From IMG/VR virus record IMGVR_UViG_3300044641_005618: a stretch of DNA of 64,000 nt. One strand, written 5' to 3'. Each line of letters begins with the position of its first letter. Positions within the stretch are counted from its first letter, which is position 1. The notes under the pieces were generated by a model. That model saw only the letters and a program-made list of their open reading frames with translations, made no database searches and had not been told where the DNA came from. Below, in pieces: positions 8,754-17,098 of the stretch. The position numbers and the translations under genes were made by a program. The stretch comes from a virus. Its lineage: Duplodnaviria > Caudoviricetes.

Positions 8754-9041
8754 TTATTTTACCCTGTTTGCTTCGCAGGCGTAAAGGGGTGGTTTACCCC
8801 TCACCTTGATCCCCCCCCCCCCTCCGCAACCACTCTTAATCTCCTCGGACCGCACCCACTCCTTCAACCCAGCAACGTACGCCCTTAGCAACTCAGCTTG
8901 TTGCAAGTTCTGGGGGCACCCCGTTCTAAGATGCAAGGACATGTGTCGGTCTATTGCATCTAGGCAGGTTTTGATAACAGGGTTCCACGGTTCCCTGACC
9001 TCGGTGTTGTATGTTCTTTTTGTCTCGTCAAAGTTTTCCAT
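8754..9041 (-). CDS. hypothetical protein with a G12 tract near the 3' end
   Basis: 95-aa ORF; REPWNPVIKTCLDAIDRH segment resembles small cyanophage hypothetical proteins. Confidence 0.6.
   Translation of the reverse strand: MENFDETKRTYNTEVREPWNPVIKTCLDAIDRHMSLHLRTGCPQNLQQAELLRAYVAGLKEWVRSEEIKSGCGGGGGIKVRGKPPLYACEANRVK
8757..8764 (-). promoter_or_regulatory. GGGTAAA late-type promoter motif
   Basis: GGGTAAAA, 22 nt before ATG 8734. Confidence 0.75.
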
Positions 9042-9218
9042 TGTCTCGGGAGCTACGTGCTCAGGTTAAGAATCCGCTTCGTGAAGCAGCTAATTTCCAA
9101 GGGTGCGACCTTTGGTTTCGGGCTCCGAACAGTCACAAATAGTCCGTCATTTGCCAGAATTCGTACACAAATAAGGAGTGGGAGCGCAAAGAGCCGGGTT
9201 CTTCTACCGCAAGCACAA

Positions 9219-9935
9219 TCAAACAACTTGGAGTGTGCGATTGTAGTACATTTTGCGGTCTTCAAGACCGTTGTAGCCGCCGTTAACTCTCCTGGTAACC
9301 TGCTCCACCGAGGGGTTCTTATCACAAAGCTGATTCATCTTGTTGTTTTGCCACCAAAATCCTGCCGAGCTAAAGGGATAATTATCGGCAACATAGTCAA
9401 CACCCTTCATCACAGCAGGATCTTTGATGAAGTCGGCAAAATCTTGGTAGTTGGCTCGTCCAGTCAGTTGAATGTAGCCGGCTCCCTTGAAGCGAGGCCC
9501 GTCTCCTGGCTGGGTATTGCCGAGATCAGCCCTGTCCTCATAGTCCCAGCCGGAGGCGAGCTCCTTTTTGTAACGTCCGCCCCCTGATTCATGGGCGGTC
9601 TGGCTGAGGAAATGGCGGAGCCTGGGCTTTGTGGTTACGCCAAAACGTTGCAGGCATTCGTTGAGCTCGGTCACTTCCTCGTCCTTGATCATCCCTGGTC
9701 CGCAGATCCAAATGCTTGCCAGTTGCTGTTTGGTGATCAAAGCCGCACCAGAGGCCCGGTCGAGACCAGGGGAATCTGGAGAGGTGCGGAATTGGATGAC
9801 CCAGGGGGCAGTGTCATCCATGAGGGCTGGATCTACCTTGGCGGCAAAGGCCTTCATCGCTTCCACATGATTGCGATTATCCTTACGAAAGTAGGTGATG
9901 AAGTCGAGGAATTTTTCTGGTGTAATTCTGGCCAT
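9219..9935 (-). CDS. glycoside hydrolase family 19 (chitinase-like) endolysin
   Basis: [52 protein letters not shown]; start revised to ATG 9935. Confidence 0.9.
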   Translation of the reverse strand: MARITPEKFLDFITYFRKDNRNHVEAMKAFAAKVDPALMDDTAPWVIQFRTSPDSPGLDRASGAALITKQQLASIWICGPGMIKDEEVTELNECLQRFGVTTKPRLRHFLSQTAHESGGGRYKKELASGWDYEDRADLGNTQPGDGPRFKGAGYIQLTGRANYQDFADFIKDPAVMKGVDYVADNYPFSSAGFWWQNNKMNQLCDKNPSVEQVTRRVNGGYNGLEDRKMYYNRTLQVV

Positions 9936-10133
9936 GATCGGGGAAATTAATGACAAAAAGACTTCAATCAGAATTCAAAACCGGAATCAAGCTGATGACA
10001 AGCCATTGAGAAGGTTTCTTCACGCCAACGGCTGGACCCGGGATGGTTCAAACCTCCGCCTGCTAGAACTCAAGAAACTTGAAGCTTGGTTTGCGGCGAG
10101 CCTTTCGATGCCGGAGCCCCAGTTGGCAAGTGG

Positions 10134-11153
10134 TTAGAGGCCGCTCTTGAGTCCGGTGGGCTTGCCCTTGACGCTGGTGACGATCCGACCATCACCGCTA
10201 CCAGGACCCCGATCCCAGAAGATGCGATCAAAGGTGTCGTAGCTGTATTCGTCGTAGGCACCGCCGATGCCGATGTCGTAGCTATCGGAAGCACCATGGC
10301 GGGTGCCAAAGGGATCGTGGACAAGCCAAAGCTTGCGTTCGAGATCGTGCCCAACCAACAACACAATATGGCCACCACTCTTATACTTAACGCCGATCAC
10401 CACTGGAATATCCTTGCTCAAAGAGAGTAGGAGATCATCGGCTGAAATGCTCTGCTGGGTGTAATAAGATTCGATGCCTAGATCCTTGAGGGCCTTGGTC
10501 TGGCAATTGTGATCTATGGTGTCACCGTAGGGGGCAAGCAGCTTCTGGTAAGCCGATTCCGGTTCCTTTAGACCCTGGCTAGTAGCGGAGCGGCTGAGCT
10601 CGCCATTGAGGAGAAAATCAGCCAACATCGTGCAAGAGGTAAGATTGCACTGGCGGTATCCGTTACCAAAGGTGGGATGCCAGTCGTTATCCGTTTGGCC
10701 AAGATATTTGACAGGAAGCTTGATCGCCTGCGGCTGACCCTCAAGCTCGACATGGGGCTGATAGGCATACACCGTATCCAGTTTGGTTTTGCCATCGCTA
10801 GCCAGGATGGGGGTGACAAGCTGGAGCTTGACGTGTTGAAAACGGTCGGGGGTGATAGCGCTGACCGGCAGCCGGGTGCCCGCCTGGACCAAAGTCTTTT
10901 CAGAGGGTTCCAGATCTTGGGAACCGACTGGATGATTTTTAAAAATGGTAGTGATACGGGCGGTTACAGGTTGTGTGGGCGGAGTGTAGGGCGTGCGGTA
11001 TTTTCGCACCCATTTTGCTTCGTCGGTGAGCAGCTCGGGTTGCTTCGCAAAAACTTGCTTAGCAAAGTCGAGGAAAGCAGCTTCTTGGTTGGGGTTATCG
11101 CTTCTACGGTGTCGAACGAAATCGAGAAACTTTTCCGGTGTGAATTGTGGCAT
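10134..11153 (-). CDS. C39-like cysteine peptidase (putative cell-wall hydrolase) sharing an N-terminal module with the GH19 lysin
   Basis: YRQCNLTSCTM (Cys), GGHIVLLVGHD (His), WLVHDPFG (Asp). Confidence 0.8.
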   Translation of the reverse strand: MPQFTPEKFLDFVRHRRSDNPNQEAAFLDFAKQVFAKQPELLTDEAKWVRKYRTPYTPPTQPVTARITTIFKNHPVGSQDLEPSEKTLVQAGTRLPVSAITPDRFQHVKLQLVTPILASDGKTKLDTVYAYQPHVELEGQPQAIKLPVKYLGQTDNDWHPTFGNGYRQCNLTSCTMLADFLLNGELSRSATSQGLKEPESAYQKLLAPYGDTIDHNCQTKALKDLGIESYYTQQSISADDLLLSLSKDIPVVIGVKYKSGGHIVLLVGHDLERKLWLVHDPFGTRHGASDSYDIGIGGAYDEYSYDTFDRIFWDRGPGSGDGRIVTSVKGKPTGLKSGL

Positions 11154-11188
11154 TGTTCCCTGGTTACTTAGTTACTTGGTTACTAAGG

Positions 11189-11196
11189 TTTTACCC
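11189..11196 (-). promoter_or_regulatory. GGGTAAA late-type promoter motif
   Basis: GGGTAAAA, 35 nt before ATG 11153; three 8-nt repeats lie in between. Confidence 0.65.
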
Positions 11197-11246
11197 TCGG
11201 CCCCGTAAGAGGAGTCCCTGAGAGCACAAGGAAAGGTTCCCCCGGC

Positions 11247-11411
11247 CTATGTCTCAGTAGTATCCGTCTTGTACCTGTTAATGCCCCTGATGAAGGAGTC
11301 CATGTTGGTTGCTTTCTCGGCATCTTCGATGAACTTGCGCCTATCCTCGAAAAGGACCGGTTGAATAAGAACAGCGAGAATGCGGCTGATTGTGGGGTCG
11401 TTGATGTTCAT
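11247..11411 (-). CDS. 54-aa ORF translationally coupled to the ART-like protein (candidate immunity/partner)
   Basis: Manual translation MNINDPTISRILAVLIQPVLFEDRRKFIEDAEKATNMDSFIRGINRYKTDTTET; ATGA overlap. Confidence 0.7.
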   Translation of the reverse strand: MNINDPTISRILAVLIQPVLFEDRRKFIEDAEKATNMDSFIRGINRYKTDTTET

Positions 11412-12787
11412 TCGTTTTCGTCGGGGATTTGTGAGTCCATGGCGGCAATGATTGCTCCACGGTTAAGGAGAACCAAATAGTCTTTCCCAAGTGAGGGGAA
11501 AGTGAAGGCGTGGATTCCCACTGCCGCTGCAGCTTCCCCCAAGTCCTTGAAGCGGTACCCGGTCTTATTCTGAGCTTCGTTCAGGGTTATTTCCCTCCAC
11601 CCCATGAGCTGTTCCATTCCCTCTTGCGCTGTTTTACCACTGAATTGTACTATATTTGCGTCTTTTCTAAGTGCAAAAGCCGTAACTTTTGAAGAAAGAT
11701 TATTCCTATCCCCTGCATACTCTTTTGCTGTCTTAATGGCTTTACGGGTAGACGCTTCGCTCGGGTCGTGGTAGGAAGGTGCTGCGGCGTAGGACCCATT
11801 GCCGAATATTCCTTTACCAGGGTAGTGACTACCCCCCTCGCTCCCCAACCCCTTAAATTGATCCGCGAATTTCTCGTCCCCAACACCACGATAGAAGATT
11901 AGAGGTGACCCGTCCGAGTTTGTTACAATGTCCTTTCGTTTTCGTAAATCGTCAACCGTTGCAACAAGTTCGGGCTTGGCGTTGAATCCCTGCTTCTCGT
12001 AAAGGGACTTTAAACTTGGCGACCACGGTAATTCTGTTTCACCGGAATCTTTCGGGACTCGTTTAGGAATCGGGGAGCTACTTCCCGGAGTCTTGTCATA
12101 CTTAGGGGAATTCTTTAGATCCGCTTCGTACGTCTTCGGGTCTCTGCCTGGCTTCTTCCTTTCCTTCAGCTCTCTTTCCTTCTGATAAATCAACAGTCGA
12201 AGATTAATCAATCGAGCCTTATTTGCAACCGTGTCCAACTCCGGCGACTTGACCAGGGTTTGCATCATCCTGTAACTTCTTTTTATTTCCGCCACTGCTT
12301 TGGGGCCTGACCCAACCCAATCGTATTCATCCTGCACCTTAGGGTTGTTTTCTGAGACTGCTTTCCTCAGCTCTTCCCTGCTGGTTTTCCTATCTGGCCC
12401 GCTACCCTTCTTGGACATCTGGCCCTCAGGAGCTTTCACTCCCCCTTTGCTCTTGAGCAAACCTTCTAAAACTGCCCTTTGCTTTGGGGTTACGCGAGGG
12501 TCCTGGAGAACCTTCTTAAGGTCTTCAGCTCCCAACCCTTTTATTTTTTCGGTGAGCCTCATTCCCCCTGCCTTAGGGCCACGCTTTCCTTTTACTTGAC
12601 TCTCCTCTTTCGCCCCAATTTCTGTACCCTGCTTACACTTTCCTCGGCTACCGTATATAGTACCGTCCTTCCTCACACAACGTGTAAAGTCGTACGTTTC
12701 CCCCTCGGAGAAGTTCAAAGGGTGCGTCTCGGCGACGAGAGCTTCGTACGCTTGGAGAGCTTCAAAAGAAAAAGAACCGTGTGCCAT
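11408..12787 (-). CDS. modular-family protein: leader + YDFTRC + DPR module + ADP-ribosyltransferase-like C-terminal domain
   Basis: Start revised to ATG 12787 (MAHGSFSFEALQAY); LNFSEGETYDFTRC; IFYRG...GKGIFGNGSY...AKEYA...YLVLLNRGAI resembles ART/PARP-fold motifs. Confidence 0.7.
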   Translation of the reverse strand: MAHGSFSFEALQAYEALVAETHPLNFSEGETYDFTRCVRKDGTIYGSRGKCKQGTEIGAKEESQVKGKRGPKAGGMRLTEKIKGLGAEDLKKVLQDPRVTPKQRAVLEGLLKSKGGVKAPEGQMSKKGSGPDRKTSREELRKAVSENNPKVQDEYDWVGSGPKAVAEIKRSYRMMQTLVKSPELDTVANKARLINLRLLIYQKERELKERKKPGRDPKTYEADLKNSPKYDKTPGSSSPIPKRVPKDSGETELPWSPSLKSLYEKQGFNAKPELVATVDDLRKRKDIVTNSDGSPLIFYRGVGDEKFADQFKGLGSEGGSHYPGKGIFGNGSYAAAPSYHDPSEASTRKAIKTAKEYAGDRNNLSSKVTAFALRKDANIVQFSGKTAQEGMEQLMGWREITLNEAQNKTGYRFKDLGEAAAAVGIHAFTFPSLGKDYLVLLNRGAIIAAMDSQIPDENE

Positions 12788-12804
12788 GTTTGTAATAGGT
12801 GAAG

Positions 12805-13341
12805 TTATTCGTTGCAAACCGGCAATGTTGGCTTCCTTTCAGCTTGGCCGCCTTGCCTACCTAAGTCTTGTACTTGTTGCTGAGGCTGCTGGTCGAAAGT
12901 TTGGCCTTGCTGCTGTGCCGCTTGCTGCGCTTGCTGGGTGGCCTGGCGTTGCTCTGTGCTTCGAGGCTGGGGCCTCGGACGGCAGTTTTCCTCATAGCTT
13001 GCCGAGAGTTCCTTGCCCTTTTGCCCCAACTCATCAAACATTGCGAGTCCTTTAAGATCGCTACGCGATCTTGGGCCTTGCTGCGGGTTTCCTTTCGGGA
13101 GAGAAACAGGGAAGATTGACTCTGAACTTTGCTCTTTTTGCTTACCCTCACTTCCTTTTTGTTTCCCCGGACGACTATCAATGTCCATGCCTTGTAAACT
13201 TTGGGCGTGCGTAGTTTTGTTCTCTCTCGGAAGCTTCTCTGTGGTCTTGCCCGTCAAAAACTGCTGTTCCCACGGAGACTCCCCGTATAGCATTTCTTGT
13301 ACTGCAGCTAAAGACTCGGTTGTAAATCCGGGGACGTTCAT
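12805..13341 (-). CDS. Gln-rich protein with a leader-like N-terminus
   Basis: MNVPGFTTESLAAVQEML; QQAQQAAQQQGQ low-complexity tail. Confidence 0.6.
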   Translation of the reverse strand: MNVPGFTTESLAAVQEMLYGESPWEQQFLTGKTTEKLPRENKTTHAQSLQGMDIDSRPGKQKGSEGKQKEQSSESIFPVSLPKGNPQQGPRSRSDLKGLAMFDELGQKGKELSASYEENCRPRPQPRSTEQRQATQQAQQAAQQQGQTFDQQPQQQVQDLGRQGGQAERKPTLPVCNE

Positions 13342-13426
13342 TCTTACTAGTTCTTTTTCGATTGGATCTGAGTGGAGGTTAGCGTTCCGTGCTCCAAGGT
13401 ACTCCCGCTCTTGCGGTGAGTTCTAC

Positions 13427-13993
13427 TCATCGCATTCTTCCACTAACTACTCCACCCTTAATACCCGACTCTACTCTTTTACGGAAAGAGTCTCTCTTTC
13501 TCTCTTCCGGGGTCATAGCCTCACGCTCTTTCGCTTCCTTGGTCCCAGCCTCGCTTCTACCCTCAAGTTTAAGCCTTTCTGCCATAGCCTTCTTTATGGC
13601 TAAGGCGTGGCCCTCTTTCACATCGGTTTCATCGTTGTCTATGGCTTTAATCACCGCCTTATGAATTGCCCCCAAGTGCTTCACTGACTCTGCCTTTGCG
13701 TAAATCTTGTTAAAGGTCTCGTCCGCGTCACTATTCCAGCTTATATTTCGTTTAGCGTCCTCTCTCGCTAGCTCCAGTTGTTCCGGCGTCATTGGGCCGA
13801 ACCCATGGCTTTTTGTTATGGCCACCTCTATTCCCTTGCGGCATTGTCCCGCCGTCCCATATGCGCTACCATCAGGTTTTACACATCGAGTGTAGTCGTA
13901 CGATTCTCCCTCAGAGAAGTTCTGGGGGTATCTTTGAGAAACAAGTGCTTCGTAAGCTGAGAGGGCTTCACAGGAAAAGGAACCGTTTGCCAT
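13427..13993 (-). CDS. short modular-family protein (leader + YDYTRC + basic helical tail)
   Basis: MANGSFSCEALSAY...QNFSEGESYDYTRCVKPDGSAYGTAGQCRKG. Confidence 0.85.
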   Translation of the reverse strand: MANGSFSCEALSAYEALVSQRYPQNFSEGESYDYTRCVKPDGSAYGTAGQCRKGIEVAITKSHGFGPMTPEQLELAREDAKRNISWNSDADETFNKIYAKAESVKHLGAIHKAVIKAIDNDETDVKEGHALAIKKAMAERLKLEGRSEAGTKEAKEREAMTPEERKRDSFRKRVESGIKGGVVSGRMR

Positions 13994-14014
13994 GGGGGGT
14001 CTGCTTTAAACTTA

Positions 14015-14022
14015 TTTTACCC
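14015..14022 (-). promoter_or_regulatory. GGGTAAA late-type promoter motif
   Basis: GGGTAAAA, 21 nt before ATG 13993. Confidence 0.75.
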
Positions 14023-14057
14023 CACTTCCTTTCAACAAGGCCAATAGCCGTCCAACC

Positions 14058-14375
14058 TTACCCCTGGCAAGAACCGTCGGGACGTCCACAAGTTGCGAAA
14101 TCCAAGGCACCGCCAAGCATCGAAGCAACCTCTTGAGCAACCTCTTCGGAATAACCTATAGAAGTTAGCCGCTCTGCATGATCCTTCGACTTACCTGCCA
14201 TTGAAAGTGCTATGGCAATAGCCTGGTCTTGAGACTTAACAACCTTACCTTCTTTCCCTTTCTTTCCTCTCCCAGAGTGCAACGGCTTCGGGTCGCCGTG
14301 CTTCCACCGGTGCATCACTTGCCCCACTTTGTCTTTGTGAGAAGACATCGAGTGGTCGTCAGGAAGCTTCGACAT
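14058..14375 (-). CDS. small basic phage protein (DUF6496-like) ending in a truncated DFxxC module
   Basis: KVGQVMHRWKHG..LHSG..G..VKSQDQAIAIALS; ends LDFATCGRPDGSCQG; start revised to ATG 14375, with a GGGTAGACTT variant motif upstream. Confidence 0.65.
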   Translation of the reverse strand: MSKLPDDHSMSSHKDKVGQVMHRWKHGDPKPLHSGRGKKGKEGKVVKSQDQAIAIALSMAGKSKDHAERLTSIGYSEEVAQEVASMLGGALDFATCGRPDGSCQG

Positions 14376-14467
14376 TTTACGTGAACCGGACTTACATAAG
14401 TCTACCCTGTTTAGGGTAAGGTAACCCTTTCGCAGGAAAGGTGTGGAAAACCGTACCGCCATTGGGG

Positions 14468-14641
14468 CTAGAGGTAAGCCCCGCCTAAGAGCGCATCTTC
14501 ACTCACATCCCCCTTCTCTCGCAGCTTCATTGCAGCTTCAAGGTACGGATTTGCACCTTCACCAAGCTCGCCGCGCCGTTCTTTGTAACGAGACATGAGC
14601 GCGATATACTGCGCGTCGTTTTTTCCTGTGGTCCTTTTCAT
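14468..14641 (-). CDS. kinase-partner small protein A (57 aa)
   Basis: Manual translation MKRTTGKNDAQYIALMSRYKERRGELGEGANPYLEAAMKLREKGDVSEDALLGGAYL; TAATG overlap with the kinase stop. Confidence 0.8.
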   Translation of the reverse strand: MKRTTGKNDAQYIALMSRYKERRGELGEGANPYLEAAMKLREKGDVSEDALLGGAYL

Positions 14642-16206
14642 TAGATCCCCTCGTAGAGTGTGTTGATCACTTCCATCGCTTGCTTGTCGCTTAGCTTAGC
14701 CCAAGGTCCCACCTTATACTTCTCGTCGCGAGTGCTAGTTTTAGTGGTAAGGACTTTAGTCATGTCTTCACCGTCTATTCCAAAACTTCGGAGTTTCTCA
14801 ATGGCCTTTTCTTTGTTTATGTATGCTTTGTAGGCTAGCGGGGCGTCTTCTTCGAGAAATGCCAAGTAGTTTGCTTTTTGTTTCGGTGTGATATTCTTTC
14901 TTTCCACATCTGAAATCATGTTTCCACCTGGACCCCAACTCGAAAAGGTAGAGTCTGCGCTTTTTCCTCTGGGTCCCGGAAAGGCTCCTAGTGCCTCCAC
15001 AAGAGCAGCTTTCGGATTGTCTTGCGCCAGCCCCATATCAACGAATCGCCCTTTACCCTTCTCATCTACCAAAACATTGCCCCCATGCATATCATTGTGT
15101 GCGACCCCCATCCTGTGCAGATCTGCACGAGCCTTCCAATAGGCGTCGGTATTCGCTTTACTGGAATCTCTACTCGGATTCATACCTAGAGGGGTCCCTT
15201 GAACTTTCGACATAGCGATACGACCGTTCCTCAGGTCTACCCCCGTTCCCTTAGGTCCAGTGGGTCCGCCAATATCCGCAGCAATCAGCTTCGGCCCCAG
15301 GTCGGCTTTACCAACTTTATCGACGATAGCCGCCTCTGTACGGCTAACCATACCTCTTTTAACAACTTCGCCGTCCGGACTTAGAATCGCAGTGCCGAAC
15401 ATACCCGACCCCAGCATCTTAGCCTTTTCGCCAAAGGTTCGACTCCAACCATCGTACTTCGGGTCTCCCTGTCTCACATGGTTGCTCTTTTCGATCTTAG
15501 AGTCTATGATCGCGGCTATTTCTTCCTCGTAGGATAAACCATCTGAGTTCACTTTCTTGGAGGCCTCTCTTGGCCCCCGATTCTCCTCAAGAATGCTCTT
15601 GATGTCGTCCAGAACTTCTTTCTTCGTTACTTTTGCTCCGCCGCTCTGACCCCCACCGGGTCCTAACCCTAACCCTGACGCTTTTCGTTGTGACACAGCC
15701 GAAACTTTTTTAGCGATCGCCGGTGAAAGTTGCCGTTCGGCCAGCAGCTTGTTTACTTGCGCTCTCTGTTTGTCGTTCAGCCTCGGGTCATTTAGAACCT
15801 TCTTCAGTTCTTCAACGGGTAGCGCCTTGACTTTGGCTGTCAAACGCATTTTTCCCTGCGTTACGGCCCCCTTTGACGGGTCCGGTACCGCTTTCTTACT
15901 CAACAGCTTCTCTGAGAGTTTTGAGAGTGATGAGTGGAGCTCAGGAGGGAGAGGTTTCCCCGGTAGCGTTGGTTTCACCCCCTTCTTCACCCCTTTGCCT
16001 TCACCTCTTACTTTTTTCCCTGGAGCGTCTTCCTTAACTTGCTCTGTACCCTTCCTACACTGTCCCGCCGTCCCATACACAGTGCCATCTTTCCTCACAC
16101 AACGAGTGAAGTCATACGTTTCCCCCTCAGAAAAGTCCGAGGGGTGCTGTTCGGCGATCAGTGTTTTGTACGCCTGAAGAGCATCGGACGAGAAGGAACC
16201 TTGCAC
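14641..16206 (-). CDS. modular-family protein: leader + YDFTRC + DPR module + protein kinase domain
   Basis: Start revised to GTG 16206; LGSGMFG glycine loop, VVK, HNDMHGGNV catalytic loop, FVDMG. Confidence 0.88.
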   Translation of the reverse strand: MQGSFSSDALQAYKTLIAEQHPSDFSEGETYDFTRCVRKDGTVYGTAGQCRKGTEQVKEDAPGKKVRGEGKGVKKGVKPTLPGKPLPPELHSSLSKLSEKLLSKKAVPDPSKGAVTQGKMRLTAKVKALPVEELKKVLNDPRLNDKQRAQVNKLLAERQLSPAIAKKVSAVSQRKASGLGLGPGGGQSGGAKVTKKEVLDDIKSILEENRGPREASKKVNSDGLSYEEEIAAIIDSKIEKSNHVRQGDPKYDGWSRTFGEKAKMLGSGMFGTAILSPDGEVVKRGMVSRTEAAIVDKVGKADLGPKLIAADIGGPTGPKGTGVDLRNGRIAMSKVQGTPLGMNPSRDSSKANTDAYWKARADLHRMGVAHNDMHGGNVLVDEKGKGRFVDMGLAQDNPKAALVEALGAFPGPRGKSADSTFSSWGPGGNMISDVERKNITPKQKANYLAFLEEDAPLAYKAYINKEKAIEKLRSFGIDGEDMTKVLTTKTSTRDEKYKVGPWAKLSDKQAMEVINTLYEGI

Positions 16207-16230
16207 TGTGCAGAATCTATACCTACACAA

Positions 16231-16238
16231 TTTTACCC
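16231..16238 (-). promoter_or_regulatory. GGGTAAA late-type promoter motif
   Basis: GGGTAAAA, 24 nt before GTG 16206; overlaps the upstream stop codon. Confidence 0.7.
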
Positions 16239-16442
16239 TTCGACATCAACCTCTAGCTCTTCCAGAAAGTCTCGAAGCTGCCGCGTCTGGTGTGACAACC
16301 GTGAAAGAAGCAAAACGGAGTCCGCCAGGAACTCTTCGAGTTCGTCACGAGACAACTCCTTGAGTCTCTTTCGCACAGATTGGGCGCGGAACTCAATCTC
16401 CAGGGGAAGCGGTGTTACGCTAAATGTCCTCGGTGAATCCAT
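16233..16442 (-). CDS. NblA-like phycobilisome degradation adaptor (divergent)
   Basis: PLPLEIEFRAQSVRKRLKELSRDELEEFL fits the NblA L-x-L-E-x-x-F two-helix pattern; start revised to ATG 16442. Confidence 0.5.
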   Translation of the reverse strand: MDSPRTFSVTPLPLEIEFRAQSVRKRLKELSRDELEEFLADSVLLLSRLSHQTRQLRDFLEELEVDVEG

Positions 16443-17097
16443 GTGCAATTGCCTGCAATTTGTAGAATTTGTCTGCGGCCCACTCTCTCTCTTCAGACGA
16501 CAGGTCTTTGTCCTCAGCATATTTGACCACAGTATTGAGTTCGGACTCTGAAAGTTCTTTCATGGACCTTACGAGTTCGGGAGAAGCCACGTAAGGCTTA
16601 ACATCGTCGTCGTTAAAAATAAACTCTCGTGTGGTCCAATCTTCAGGGTTAGAGTCGTAGGAAACATGGTAGTTATGAGTTGTCATATCAACCATAATTA
16701 CTTTCGATTCAGGTAATCCCAACTCTGTCGCAATTTCGGTGTAAGTCTTCTTTTGCTTCAGTAACTCGTCTACCTTGGTTTTATACGTCGCAACCCATCG
16801 CGGGGTTTTCACCATTCGGGAGTAGTCTCGCAAAGCGTGCTGGATATAGCCTCTGGCGGTTCTCCAAGCAAAGGTGCTAAACTGAACTTTTTTGTCGGGA
16901 TCATATCGTGTAGCAGCAACGCAGAGTGCGAAATTCGCTATTGACTCGAGGTCCTCTCTTGTGAGAGATCCGGTGTATCCGCCTGTCGAGCACTTGGCAC
17001 CGTAGGCGAGTCGTCCAGCGATCCATTTGTGGTCTCTTACCAAACACTGTTGCTCTTTTGTGAGCTCAGGGTAGCGCCTGTAGCGTCTTTTTGCCAT
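16420..17097 (-). CDS. SigF/sigmaB-like (group 3) RNA polymerase sigma factor
   Basis: YDPDKKVQFSTFAWRTARGYIQHALRDYSRMVKTPRW parallels the SigF/sigmaB region 2 (FDP..G..FSTYA...I.H.LRD....VR.PR.W); HTH TYTEIATELG; start revised to ATG 17097. Confidence 0.8.
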   Translation of the reverse strand: MAKRRYRRYPELTKEQQCLVRDHKWIAGRLAYGAKCSTGGYTGSLTREDLESIANFALCVAATRYDPDKKVQFSTFAWRTARGYIQHALRDYSRMVKTPRWVATYKTKVDELLKQKKTYTEIATELGLPESKVIMVDMTTHNYHVSYDSNPEDWTTREFIFNDDDVKPYVASPELVRSMKELSESELNTVVKYAEDKDLSSEEREWAADKFYKLQAIAHGFTEDI

Positions 17098-17098
17098 A

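Noticed and set aside
9053-9325. 90-aa ORF downstream of the GH19 lysin
   Set aside because: It overlaps the lysin by more than 100 nt, has no motif, and no frame in 9041-9219 is convincing.
10070-11171. Overlapping ORFs on both strands around the C39 peptidase
   Set aside because: Alternative frames of a gene with clear catalytic motifs.
14596-14641. Suspected frameshift at the start of kinase partner A
   Set aside because: Recounting the A6 run shows ATG 14641 is in frame; the ORF is intact.
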